A stretch of DNA of 64,000 nucleotides from assembly GCA_947625875.1 (NCBI GenBank), contig CANQQG010000002.1:15139-79138 (forward strand). The letters run 5' to 3'. Position numbers and translations under genes: made by a program. This DNA is from an uncultured Lachnospiraceae bacterium (GTDB lineage Bacteria; Bacillota; Clostridia; Lachnospirales; Lachnospiraceae). Within the stretch, counting starts at the first letter, position 1. Each line of letters starts with the position of its first letter. Positions 19,338-28,805 of the stretch are shown here, in pieces. The notes below the pieces were generated by a model. It was not told the origin of the DNA. It did not search any database and saw nothing but the letters and a program-made list of their open reading frames with translations.

Positions 19338-20510
19338 ATGGATGGTGTATTGTCACAGGAGGAGATAACAGCCCTTCTGAATAATTCGGGAGGCGATACG
19401 GGAGGAAGCGGTTCCGGAGAGCAGATTACAGATCAGGAGCGTGACACGATAGGCGAGATCGCCAATATCAGTATGGGGACGGCTGCCACGACGCTGTTCT
19501 CGCTCGTAAACCATAAGGTGGAGATCTCTACGCCGGTCGTGTCGATGGCGACGTGGGACGATATCGTCGCGCAGTATGAAAAGCCATGCGTATTTATCCG
19601 CATTGCTTATACGGTCGGCCTTGACGGGAGCAACCTTCTTGTATTAAAAGAAAATGATGTAAAGATCATTACAGACCTGATGATGGGCGGCGATGGCACA
19701 AATGTAGAGGATGGGGAGCTGGGCGAGCTTCACCTGAGCGCCATCAGCGAGGCGATGAACCAGATGATGGGTTCCTCGGCGACGTCTCTGTCGTCCATGT
19801 TAAACAAGGTGATTGATATCAGCCCGCCGGAAGCGGATTTGATTGATCTGACAGAAAGCCTGGATGAAAAAGAAATCGATGAGTTTTTGTCAAGCGATTT
19901 TGTAAAGATTTCGTTTAAGATGGAAATCGGCGATCTGATCGACAGTGAGATCATGCAGCTGTATCCGGTATCCTTTGCAAAGGAGATGTGCGAAAGCATT
20001 ACGAAAAATATGGAAAATGATGTAAATGAAACGACCGGTGAAGCGGCGCCGGCTCCGGAACCAACGCCTGCGCCGGCAGCGCCGCCACAACAGCAGGCAC
20101 AGGCAATGCCTCCGCAGCAGGATATGATGGGCCAGCCGATGATGCAGCAGCCATATCCGCAGCCAATGCCGATGTACCAGCAGCCGATGCCGATGTATCA
20201 GCAGCAGGCTCCGGTAAATGTACAGCAGGCGCAGTTTCAGCCGTTTGCGGGCGGGATGAACCCGGCGGCTTTCCAGAAAGAGAATATCGACCTGATCATG
20301 GATGTCCCGCTGGACGTCACGGTAGAGCTTGGGCGGACGACAAAATCCATAGAGGAGATTCTTGATTTTGCGCCGGGGACGATCATTGAGCTGGATAAGA
20401 TCGCCGGTGAGCCGATTGACGTGCTTGTCAACGGAAAATATGTTGCAAAGGGTGAGGTTGTAGTGATTGAAGAAAGTTTCGGCGTCAGAATTACAGAAAT
20501 TATAAAATAA
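19338..20510 (+). CDS. fliY: flagellar switch phosphatase FliY (CheC-like plus FliN domain)
   Basis: LSQEEI, two E..N CheC motifs, C-terminal LIMDVPLDVTVELG...GEVVVIEESFGVRIT. Confidence 0.93.
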   Translation: MDGVLSQEEITALLNNSGGDTGGSGSGEQITDQERDTIGEIANISMGTAATTLFSLVNHKVEISTPVVSMATWDDIVAQYEKPCVFIRIAYTVGLDGSNLLVLKENDVKIITDLMMGGDGTNVEDGELGELHLSAISEAMNQMMGSSATSLSSMLNKVIDISPPEADLIDLTESLDEKEIDEFLSSDFVKISFKMEIGDLIDSEIMQLYPVSFAKEMCESITKNMENDVNETTGEAAPAPEPTPAPAAPPQQQAQAMPPQQDMMGQPMMQQPYPQPMPMYQQPMPMYQQQAPVNVQQAQFQPFAGGMNPAAFQKENIDLIMDVPLDVTVELGRTTKSIEEILDFAPGTIIELDKIAGEPIDVLVNGKYVAKGEVVVIEESFGVRITEIIK

Positions 20511-20565
20511 TTGATGTTATTTTGTTATTTTATGTTATAATATATAAAGAAATTCCGAAAAAGCT

Positions 20566-20594
20566 TTGTGTGCTGGCGTGGTATATGTTATAAT
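20566..20594 (+). promoter_or_regulatory. internal sigmaA-type promoter upstream of cheY
   Basis: TTGTGT, 17 bp, TG-extended TATAAT (20589-20594). A second TGTTATAAT lies at 20533-20541. Confidence 0.55.
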
Positions 20595-20666
20595 GTTTCA
20601 TGAGTTGTATAAAATATATACGCAACAGAGGAAGCAAAAAATTGAAAAGATGAGGGAGATTTAATT

Positions 20667-21029
20667 ATGGCAAAACGAGTTTTGATTTGTGATGATGCGG
20701 CTTTTATGAGAATGATGATCAAGGACATTCTTACCAAGAATGGCTACGAAGTTGCCGGCGAGGCGGAAAATGGCGCAAAAGCGGTGGAAAAATACAGTGA
20801 GACAAAGCCGGATCTGGTGCTGATGGATATTACGATGCCGGAGATGGACGGTATTCAGGCTTTGAAAAAGATCAAGGAGAGCGATGCGAGCGCCAGCGTT
20901 ATCATGTGTTCCGCGATGGGGCAGCAGGCAATGGTTATTGAGGCGATCCAGTCCGGCGCAAAGGATTTTATTGTAAAGCCGTTCCAGGCGGAACGTGTGC
21001 TGGAAGCCGTAAGAAAAGTAGTTGGTTAG
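20667..21029 (+). CDS. cheY: chemotaxis response regulator CheY
   Basis: Single REC domain: DDAAFMR, MDITMP, FIVKPF. Confidence 0.95.
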   Translation: MAKRVLICDDAAFMRMMIKDILTKNGYEVAGEAENGAKAVEKYSETKPDLVLMDITMPEMDGIQALKKIKESDASASVIMCSAMGQQAMVIEAIQSGAKDFIVKPFQAERVLEAVRKVVG

Positions 21030-21030
21030 C

Positions 21031-21414
21031 ATGGCGCTTGCCAGCAGGGGCAGTTCTGTGTTGGAGAGCATAGGGCAGTTGTTCAGCGTGCTGGCAATCT
21101 TTATTATCGTGCTGCTGGTTACCTATTTCGTTACGCGCTGGATTGCGGGATATCAGCAGAGCCAGATGGAAACGCGCAATCTGAGGGTAATAGAGACCTT
21201 GCGGCTTGCAAATAATAAGTACATACAGATTATAGAGGCGGGAGATGTATATCTTGTCATAGCGCTGAGCAGAGATCGCGTGGAAAAGCTTACGGAGCTT
21301 ACGAAAGACCAGTTAAAGGAGATTTCTGCCAGTGGCGCTGCCGGAAAAGATGCGCTCGGTGAGAGCTTTCAGGAGATTCTCGGCAAGGTAAAAGAACATT
21401 TTCCAAAAAAATAG
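21031..21414 (+). CDS. fliO: flagellar biosynthesis protein FliO/FliZ
   Basis: One TM segment plus NLRVIETLRLANNKYIQII; upstream of fliP. Confidence 0.82.
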   Translation: MALASRGSSVLESIGQLFSVLAIFIIVLLVTYFVTRWIAGYQQSQMETRNLRVIETLRLANNKYIQIIEAGDVYLVIALSRDRVEKLTELTKDQLKEISASGAAGKDALGESFQEILGKVKEHFPKK

Positions 21415-21423
21415 GCAGACAGA

Positions 21424-22266
21424 ATGATGAGTAAAGGTAAGAAAATATATGGGATTATTTCATTGACTGTTGCTGTTTTGATGCTTGCAGGTTGTTTTCT
21501 GTTAAACTGTCAGGAACGTGTCTATGCCGCAGAGGATGACAGGATTAATCTGGAACGTCCGGCTGGAGACAATGCTGACAACGATACGGCAGTAGAAGAT
21601 AACAATAATGGTTTTACTTTCATCTATAATAATGATGAAGGGGGCATTTCAACACCGGTTCGAATGATGCTCGTGTTAACGGTGCTGGCAATTGCGCCGT
21701 CGATTCTGGTTATGCTGACTTCTTTTACCAGGATTATAACGGTGCTTCATTTTGTGAGGACTGCATTAGGCACACAGACGTCTCCGCCAAATCAGGTTAT
21801 GGTTGGCCTGGCGCTTTTTTTGACATTGTTCATAATGTCCCCGGTGTTTTCTCAGATTAATGAAGAGGCGATTGTTCCGCTGGATAATGGGGAAATCACG
21901 CTGGAAACGGCATTGGAGAATGCCCAGCAGCCGTTACGTGAATTTATGTATAATGAAACACAGACAAAAGATATTAATATGTTCTGTGATATTGCGGAAG
22001 TTTCTTATGAAGATCCGGATGATATCCCGTTTACCGTTTTGGTGCCGAGTTTTATTGTCAGTGAACTTCGGACGGCATTTATTATCGGCTTCATGGTTTA
22101 TGTGCCATTTATTGTGATTGACATGGTTGTGTCGTCTGTCCTGATGTCGATGGGCATGATGATGCTGCCGCCGACCGTAATTTCGATGCCGTTTAAAATA
22201 TTGTTATTTGTATTGGCAGATGGCTGGAATCTCATTATTGAGAATCTTGTCCTCACATTTATGTGA
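21424..22266 (+). CDS. fliP: flagellar export gate protein FliP
   Basis: LTSFTRI, QTSPPNQV, GMMMLPP...MPFKILLFVLADGW. Confidence 0.96.
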   Translation: MMSKGKKIYGIISLTVAVLMLAGCFLLNCQERVYAAEDDRINLERPAGDNADNDTAVEDNNNGFTFIYNNDEGGISTPVRMMLVLTVLAIAPSILVMLTSFTRIITVLHFVRTALGTQTSPPNQVMVGLALFLTLFIMSPVFSQINEEAIVPLDNGEITLETALENAQQPLREFMYNETQTKDINMFCDIAEVSYEDPDDIPFTVLVPSFIVSELRTAFIIGFMVYVPFIVIDMVVSSVLMSMGMMMLPPTVISMPFKILLFVLADGWNLIIENLVLTFM

Positions 22267-22296
22267 CGGGAATTTTTTTACGGGTGAGGTGTTCCT

Positions 22297-22566
22297 ATGA
22301 TTACAGAAGGTCAGATTATGGATATTTCCAGAGATGCAATTTTTACGGTTATTTTAACGGCGGCGCCGTTGCTGCTGGTTTCTCTGGTTGTCGGTTTGAT
22401 TGTCAGTATTTTTCAGACAGTTACGTCTATACAGGAGCAGACGCTGACGTTTGTTCCAAAAATCCTGGCTGTATTTGCGGCGATGCTGTTGATTGGGGCG
22501 TGGATGCTGGAAAATATGTCGGATTTTATGGTACGTATATGGTCTGATTTTACATTATATGTATAG
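22297..22566 (+). CDS. fliQ: flagellar export gate protein FliQ
   Basis: SIFQTVTSIQEQTLTFVPK. Confidence 0.96.
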   Translation: MITEGQIMDISRDAIFTVILTAAPLLLVSLVVGLIVSIFQTVTSIQEQTLTFVPKILAVFAAMLLIGAWMLENMSDFMVRIWSDFTLYV

Positions 22567-22583
22567 CAGGGTAGATAAATCGT

Positions 22584-23372
22584 ATGTTTAATGCAGAGTT
22601 TTCCTTGCGGACATTTGAATATTTTTTAGTGGTACTTGTAAGAATTGCTACGTTTTTGTTTGCGGCGCCTTTTTTTAATACGAGGGGCGTTCCGGCGAGA
22701 ACAAAAGTAGGGGCGGCAGGCTGTATTGCAATTATGCTGATGGGTGTTTTGCCAGAGCAGGACATGGAATACGCGGGTGTAATGGAATATGGGATTATTG
22801 TGATAAAAGAAGGAATTACAGGCTTGCTGATTGGTTATTCAGCCAGTATTTGTAATTCCATTGTTTTGTTTGCGGGTACAATTATTGATATGCAGATCGG
22901 TATTTCCATGGCGCAGGAGTATAATCCGATGACAGAGATGACGGAGTCGGTAACGGGAAATCTGTATAATTATTTTACGATGCTTTTGTTATTATCTTCT
23001 GATATGTATCGTTATATTATACGGGCGGTCTGTGACTCTTATGATTTAATTCCGATTAATGGACAGGCTTTTCAATGGGATTATCTTTTAAAAGAAGTGG
23101 GAGCGTATATGTCGCGGCTGTTTTCGATTGGTTTTCGGATTGCGCTGCCGGTATTTACCTGCATGATGGTCATGAACTGCCTGCTGGGGATCATGGCAAG
23201 AGTGGCGCCGCAGCTGAATATGTTTGCCGTGGGCATTCAGCTGAAGATTTTAGTGGGGTTTGTGATCTTGTATATTTCCATTGCGCTGCTTCCGGATGTT
23301 GCGGATTTTCTTGCAGAGCAGATCAAACAGATGATTTTGAATATGATTGAGGGTATGTATGTAAGTGGATGA
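22584..23372 (+). CDS. fliR: flagellar export gate protein FliR
   Basis: RIATFLFAAPFF...VPARTK; ARVAPQLNMFAVG. Confidence 0.94.
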   Translation: MFNAEFSLRTFEYFLVVLVRIATFLFAAPFFNTRGVPARTKVGAAGCIAIMLMGVLPEQDMEYAGVMEYGIIVIKEGITGLLIGYSASICNSIVLFAGTIIDMQIGISMAQEYNPMTEMTESVTGNLYNYFTMLLLLSSDMYRYIIRAVCDSYDLIPINGQAFQWDYLLKEVGAYMSRLFSIGFRIALPVFTCMMVMNCLLGIMARVAPQLNMFAVGIQLKILVGFVILYISIALLPDVADFLAEQIKQMILNMIEGMYVSG

Positions 23373-24507
23373 GGAAAAAAACGGGCTTGCTTTTGGGACG
23401 CTGTCTCTTGACCTGCAGTGGTTTGCCAAAGACGGGGAGGGCGGGGAGAAAACAGAAGAGCCGACTTCCAAAAGGTTAAAAGACGCCAGGAATGACGGTA
23501 AAGTTGCAAAAAGCCAGGAATTAAATCATGGGATCGGGCTGATCGGCCTTTTCCTTGTGTTAAAGGTTGGCATTGCCAGTGTGGGACAGAATATGCTTGG
23601 CCTGTTCGGCACATTTTATAATATGATTCCTGATTTTGTGGATATGAACAGCCGCAATATGTCCGGGATTTCGGTTGCGCAGGTGGTGCATCAGGCGATT
23701 ATGGACGCCTTTCGGATGGTGATTCCATTTTTTGTGGTCGGTTTTCTCTCGGCATTTCTTATTAACCTTATTCAGGTAAAATGGAATGTCACGACAAAGC
23801 CGATGAAGCCTGACCTTAAAAAATTTAATCCGATTAGCGGGTTTAAGCGTATTTTTTCCAAAAATTCGCTTGTAGAGCTCGCCAAGTCTGTCGTAAAAGT
23901 GATCCTGATCCTGTGGATCTCGTATTCTTCCATAAAGGGCTATATGAATGACCTGCTTTTGATGTATGGCTTTTCTTTAATGGAGGCGATTATGCTGATC
24001 GGCACGATCGTTATTAATACGGGTTTAAAAATTGCCTTTGCGGAACTGATCGTCGGGTTTGCGGATTATATTTATCAGAAATGGAAATTTAAAGAAGATA
24101 TGAAAATGACCAAGCAGGAGGTCAAGGATGAATATAAAAATACAGAAGGCGACCCGCAGATCAAAGGGCAGCAGCGCGCGAAGATGCGTGAGGCGTCCAG
24201 GCGGCGTATGATGCAGGACGTCCCGAATGCGGACGTTGTCATTACCAACCCGACGCATCTTGCGGTTGCGTTAAAATATGACGCGGGGACGGCGCAGGCT
24301 CCGATCGTGCTGGCAAAAGGCGCGGATTATCTGGCTATGCAGATTAAGGAAAAAGCGAAAGAGGCGGATGTTGAGATTGTAGAGAACAAGCCGCTTGCCC
24401 GTATGCTGTATGCAAATGTGGAGATCGGGGAAGAAATACCGCCGGAACTGTATCAGGCTGTGGCGGAGATTCTGGCTGCGGTATACCGTTTGAAGAATAA
24501 GTTGTAA
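23365..24507 (+). CDS. flhB: flagellar export switch protein FlhB
   Basis: EKTEEPTSKR, autocleavage motif TNPTH, VENKPLARMLY. Confidence 0.96.
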   Translation: MDEEKNGLAFGTLSLDLQWFAKDGEGGEKTEEPTSKRLKDARNDGKVAKSQELNHGIGLIGLFLVLKVGIASVGQNMLGLFGTFYNMIPDFVDMNSRNMSGISVAQVVHQAIMDAFRMVIPFFVVGFLSAFLINLIQVKWNVTTKPMKPDLKKFNPISGFKRIFSKNSLVELAKSVVKVILILWISYSSIKGYMNDLLLMYGFSLMEAIMLIGTIVINTGLKIAFAELIVGFADYIYQKWKFKEDMKMTKQEVKDEYKNTEGDPQIKGQQRAKMREASRRRMMQDVPNADVVITNPTHLAVALKYDAGTAQAPIVLAKGADYLAMQIKEKAKEADVEIVENKPLARMLYANVEIGEEIPPELYQAVAEILAAVYRLKNKL

Positions 24508-24545
24508 TTCGCGGCAATAAGCGATAGAATAAAACTATCCGACAA

Positions 24546-24585
24546 AAATTAAGTGATAGAAATTAAGTGATAGAAATTAAGGTAG
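24546..24585 (+). repeat. 14-bp tandem repeat AAATTAAGTGATAG (2 full copies plus 1 partial) upstream of flhA
   Basis: Copies at 24546-24559, 24560-24573 and partial 24574-24585. Confidence 0.9.
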
Positions 24586-24603
24586 AAAAGAGGTGGGGTT
24601 GAC

Positions 24604-26637
24604 ATGAAAAAAGCTGATATTGGCATAGCGCTGTATTTACTGGCAGCGGTTATATTTTTCATTGTGCCAATCCCGAGTATTTTACTGGACGTCATGCTGG
24701 CGTTTAATATTTCCATTGCGCTGGTTGTCCTGTTTAACTGTCTGTTTGTAAAGGAAGTGCTGGATATGTCTTTTTTCCCGACGCTTCTGCTGTTTACAAC
24801 GATTTTCCGAATCTCATTGAATGTATCGTCCACGCGTCTGATCTTAGGCACCGGAAATCCGGGGAATGTTGTTGAAACGTTCGGTTCGTTCGTTGGCGGG
24901 AACGACCTGATCATCGGCGCGATTGTATTTATTATTCTGGTCATTATCCAGTTTGTTGTTATTAATAAAGGTTCTGAGCGTGTATCCGAGGTGACGGCAA
25001 GGTTTACGCTGGACGCTATGCCGGGTAAGCAGATGGCGATCGATGCGGATCTGAATACAGGCGCGATCAATGACCGCGAGGCGCAGGAACGCCGTGAAAA
25101 GATACAGCTGGAATCCGCATTTTTCGGTTCTATGGATGGTGCGACGAAGTATGTAAAGGGGGATGCGACGGCCGGCCTTTTGATCACATTTATCAATCTG
25201 ATCGGCGGTACGCTCATGGGTGTGCTCCGGCAGAACCTTGACGCCATGTCCGCGCTGGAGCGGTACGGGCTTTTGACGATCGGCGATGGCCTCTGCTCCC
25301 AGATCCCGTCGCTGCTGATCTCGCTTGCAACCGGTATTCTTGTAACAAAGGCGTCAAAAGAGGCGGATATCGGCAATATGCTCATATCGCAGCTGTTTGG
25401 CATACCAAAGGTATTGTATCTGGTCGGCGCGACGCTTTGTTTTCTCGGCGTCGTGACGCCGTTGAATACGGTATTGTTTCTGGCTATGGGAGGCGCCTTT
25501 ATTATTACGGGGCGCCGTATAAACCAGAACATTGCTGTGGAATCGATTGAAGAGGAAGTGTCTCAGGCAGAAGAGGAAGCGGATGAGATCCGGAAGCCGG
25601 AGAATGTCACGTCCCTGCTGCAGGTTGATCCGATCGAGCTGGAATTTGGCTACGGCATCATCCCGCTGGCGGATGTGAACCAGGGCGGAGACCTGCTTGA
25701 CCGCGTCGTTATGATACGGCGGCAGATTGCGCTGGAGCTTGGTACGGTCGTTCCGATTATCCGCCTGCGGGATAACATTCAGTTGAACCCGAATCAGTAC
25801 ATAATCAAGATCAAGGGGATCCAGGTGACGGAGGGCGAGATTTTATTTGACCATTATATGGCGATGAATCCGGGCTATGTAGAAGAAGAGATCACTGGCA
25901 TCCCGACGTTTGAGCCGTCGTTCCATCTGCCTGCGATCTGGATTACGGAGAGCCAGAGAGAGCGCGCGGAAGGGCTTGGCTATACGGTTGTCGACCCGCC
26001 GTCTATCATAGCGACGCATTTGACGGAAGTGATCCGGACGCATATTGCAGAGCTGCTCACAAGGCAGGATGTCCAGAACCTGATCGATAATGTAAAAGAG
26101 AATAATCCGGTATTGATTGATGAGCTTGTGCCAAAGCTCCTCAGTATCGGCGAGATACAAAAGGTATTGCAGAATTTACTGGCGGAAGGCATCTCCATAC
26201 GCGACCTTTTAACGATTTTTGAGACGCTTGCGGACCATGCCTCGACTTCCCGCGATACGGATGTGCTGACGGAGTACACAAGACAAGCCTTAAAACGTGC
26301 GATTTCCAGCCGGTATTTCATGCCGAACGAAGCGACCAGCGTGATCACGCTGGATCCGAATATTGAGCAGGAAATCATGTCCAGCGTGAAACAGACAGAG
26401 CAGGGGGCATACCTGACGCTCGATCCGGAGCGGACGAAACTTATCATGAATTCTGTGGAAACGGAAATTGCAAAGCTGGAAAATCTCGGGAAGAATCCAA
26501 TTATTGTGACTTCTCCGATCGTGCGTATGTATTTTAAGAAGATGACAGAAGATTATTTCAAAGATTTAATTGTGGTGTCTTATAATGAAATAGATTCGAA
26601 TGTAGAATTACAGTCGGTAGGGATGGTGACAGCGTAA
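24604..26637 (+). CDS. flhA: flagellar export protein FlhA
   Basis: FHIPEP motif RVSEVTARFTLDAMPGKQMAIDADL; FFGSMDGA. Confidence 0.97.
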   Translation: MKKADIGIALYLLAAVIFFIVPIPSILLDVMLAFNISIALVVLFNCLFVKEVLDMSFFPTLLLFTTIFRISLNVSSTRLILGTGNPGNVVETFGSFVGGNDLIIGAIVFIILVIIQFVVINKGSERVSEVTARFTLDAMPGKQMAIDADLNTGAINDREAQERREKIQLESAFFGSMDGATKYVKGDATAGLLITFINLIGGTLMGVLRQNLDAMSALERYGLLTIGDGLCSQIPSLLISLATGILVTKASKEADIGNMLISQLFGIPKVLYLVGATLCFLGVVTPLNTVLFLAMGGAFIITGRRINQNIAVESIEEEVSQAEEEADEIRKPENVTSLLQVDPIELEFGYGIIPLADVNQGGDLLDRVVMIRRQIALELGTVVPIIRLRDNIQLNPNQYIIKIKGIQVTEGEILFDHYMAMNPGYVEEEITGIPTFEPSFHLPAIWITESQRERAEGLGYTVVDPPSIIATHLTEVIRTHIAELLTRQDVQNLIDNVKENNPVLIDELVPKLLSIGEIQKVLQNLLAEGISIRDLLTIFETLADHASTSRDTDVLTEYTRQALKRAISSRYFMPNEATSVITLDPNIEQEIMSSVKQTEQGAYLTLDPERTKLIMNSVETEIAKLENLGKNPIIVTSPIVRMYFKKMTEDYFKDLIVVSYNEIDSNVELQSVGMVTA

Positions 26638-27906
26638 ATGACGATTAATAAGTTTCAGGGGAAAACAGAAAACGAAGCGATTGAAAAGGCAAAGACGGAG
26701 ATGGGGCAGGACGCCGTAATCATGAATGTAAAGGTCGTGAAGCCAAAAGGGGTGCTCCGGGCGTTTAAAACAGTTACCTATGAGGTGACGGCGGCATTGG
26801 AGGAAAAGGAAGACGCGCAGCCGCAGAACGTTTTTAAGAAACCGGAAAGCATTAACCTGACGGCGGATGAGCAGATTAAGATTCCGCCCGTAAAGGCGGA
26901 GGTGAAAAAACCGGATCCGCCGAAAGCGCAGGGGGCGGAAAGAGCCCCGGAGCGGCAGGCGCAGAACGCTCCGGCGCTCTCTTCCGCTTCCGGCACGTTA
27001 GAGGAGCGGCTGAACAGCCTGCAGAGCCTGCTGGAAGACCGGATTTCCGAAGAAAAGAGGCTGCAGGAGCAGAGCCTGGAAGATACAGAGCAGTCACGTA
27101 ACCAGGAGGGATTTTCATTTGTGAAGATGCTTTATCAGACATTGCTGGATAATGAAGTGGATGAAAAATATGCAAACCAGTTATTAGATGAACTGGAAAA
27201 AGTTTCCAGCAAGGGGAGCAGTATTGATTATATTCTGTCGCATATTTACCAGAAGCTTATTTTAAAGTTCGGGCAGCCGAAACCGATTGAGCTGGATAAT
27301 TCGGCGGCAGGGCCGAAGGTTGTTTTTTTTATCGGGCCGACGGGGGTAGGCAAGACCACGACTGTGGCAAAGATCGCTTCCCGCTACAAGGTGGATGAAG
27401 GGAAAAAAGTGGCGTTCCTCACCGCGGATACGTACCGCATCGCGGCGGCGGAGCAGCTCCGCACGTATGCGGGCATTCTGGATATGCCGCTTACGATTGT
27501 CTACTCGCCGGAAGAGGTAAAGGAGACAGTTGATAAGCTGCAGGATTATGACCTCATTCTTGTTGATACGGCAGGCTTTTCCCATCGGAATGAAGAACAG
27601 CGGGAGGATGTGAAGAAGCTGATTGGCGCCATCACAGACGATTACCAGACCGAGGTTTTTCTTGTCCTGAGCGCAACGACGAAGTACCGTGATTTAAAGG
27701 AAATGTGCGACGTTTATAAGCAGGCGGTGGATTATAAGCTTATTTTTACAAAACTGGATGAAACTTCCTGTTACGGGAATCTTTTAAATATACATTTATA
27801 CTCGGGCGCGGGCCTGTCTTATGCGACATACGGGCAGAACGTTCCGGATGACATAGAGATATTTGATACACAGAAAGTCGTGAAGAAGCTGCTGGGAGGA
27901 GATTGA
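26638..27906 (+). CDS. flhF: flagellar SRP-family GTPase FlhF
   Basis: GPTGVGKTTT, DTYRIAA, DTAG, TKLDET. Confidence 0.95.
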   Translation: MTINKFQGKTENEAIEKAKTEMGQDAVIMNVKVVKPKGVLRAFKTVTYEVTAALEEKEDAQPQNVFKKPESINLTADEQIKIPPVKAEVKKPDPPKAQGAERAPERQAQNAPALSSASGTLEERLNSLQSLLEDRISEEKRLQEQSLEDTEQSRNQEGFSFVKMLYQTLLDNEVDEKYANQLLDELEKVSSKGSSIDYILSHIYQKLILKFGQPKPIELDNSAAGPKVVFFIGPTGVGKTTTVAKIASRYKVDEGKKVAFLTADTYRIAAAEQLRTYAGILDMPLTIVYSPEEVKETVDKLQDYDLILVDTAGFSHRNEEQREDVKKLIGAITDDYQTEVFLVLSATTKYRDLKEMCDVYKQAVDYKLIFTKLDETSCYGNLLNIHLYSGAGLSYATYGQNVPDDIEIFDTQKVVKKLLGGD

Positions 27907-27908
27907 GA

Positions 27909-28793
27909 ATGGATCAGGCAGAACAGTTGAGGAATGTTATCAAAGCCAAAAATGTCCGTTCAAAGCCGAAAGCAAGGGTAATTACAATTACGAGTGGAAA
28001 AGGCGGCGTGGGAAAATCGAATGTCGCGGTCAACATTGCAGTGCAGCTGCGCAAGCTTGGAAAAAAAGTCATTATTTTTGACGCTGATATGGGGCTTGCG
28101 AATGTGGAGGTCATGTTTGGCGCGATACCGAAATATAACCTGGGCGATATGCTTTACCACGGTAAGAAACTGAAAGAGATCATTACCGAGGGGCCGATGG
28201 AGATCGGGTTTATATCCGGAGGAAACGGGATCATCGGACTGAATAACCTTACCAAAGACCAGTTGACGCTTTTTGTAAATAATCTTGCGGAGCTTGATGG
28301 GCTGGCGGATTTTATATTGATTGACACAGGCGCGGGGATCGCCAATAATGTGATGGAGTTTGTTATGGCAAGCCCTGAGGTGCTGCTTGTTATGACGCCG
28401 GAGCCGAGTTCCCTGACGGATTCTTATTCGCTGATCAAGACGCTGTATGGAAACCCGGGATTTTTAAAGGACGGCACACATATCCGGGTGCTTGTAAACC
28501 GAGTGTCTTCTCCGGAGGACGGGATAGGCGTTTATGACAAGCTGAATTCTGTCATTTCCAAGTTCCTGCGGGGCGAGGTGCATTTCTGCGGCACGATTCC
28601 ACAGGATATCCAGTTGGAGCGGTCTGTGAGGGAGCAGAAGATCGTCTCCCTGCGCGCGCCGAACGCGAAGTCAGCCCGCGCGTTTGAAGAGCTTGCCAAA
28701 AGCCTTGTTGACGGCGGGCAGATGGATCTTTCCGATCAGGAGCAGAGGGGCATTATGCAGATGCTTTATAGTTTTTTAAATAACAGCAGATGA
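27909..28793 (+). CDS. flhG: MinD-like ATPase FlhG/FleN
   Basis: Deviant Walker A GKGGVGKS, DADMGLAN, IDTGAGI; follows flhF. Confidence 0.92.
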   Translation: MDQAEQLRNVIKAKNVRSKPKARVITITSGKGGVGKSNVAVNIAVQLRKLGKKVIIFDADMGLANVEVMFGAIPKYNLGDMLYHGKKLKEIITEGPMEIGFISGGNGIIGLNNLTKDQLTLFVNNLAELDGLADFILIDTGAGIANNVMEFVMASPEVLLVMTPEPSSLTDSYSLIKTLYGNPGFLKDGTHIRVLVNRVSSPEDGIGVYDKLNSVISKFLRGEVHFCGTIPQDIQLERSVREQKIVSLRAPNAKSARAFEELAKSLVDGGQMDLSDQEQRGIMQMLYSFLNNSR

Positions 28794-28805
28794 CAGGAGA
28801 GGCTT

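Noticed and set aside
24518-24545. sigma28 promoter TAAG-N16-TCCGACAA upstream of flhA
   Set aside because: Both boxes are degenerate and flhA is normally an early gene; too weak to call.
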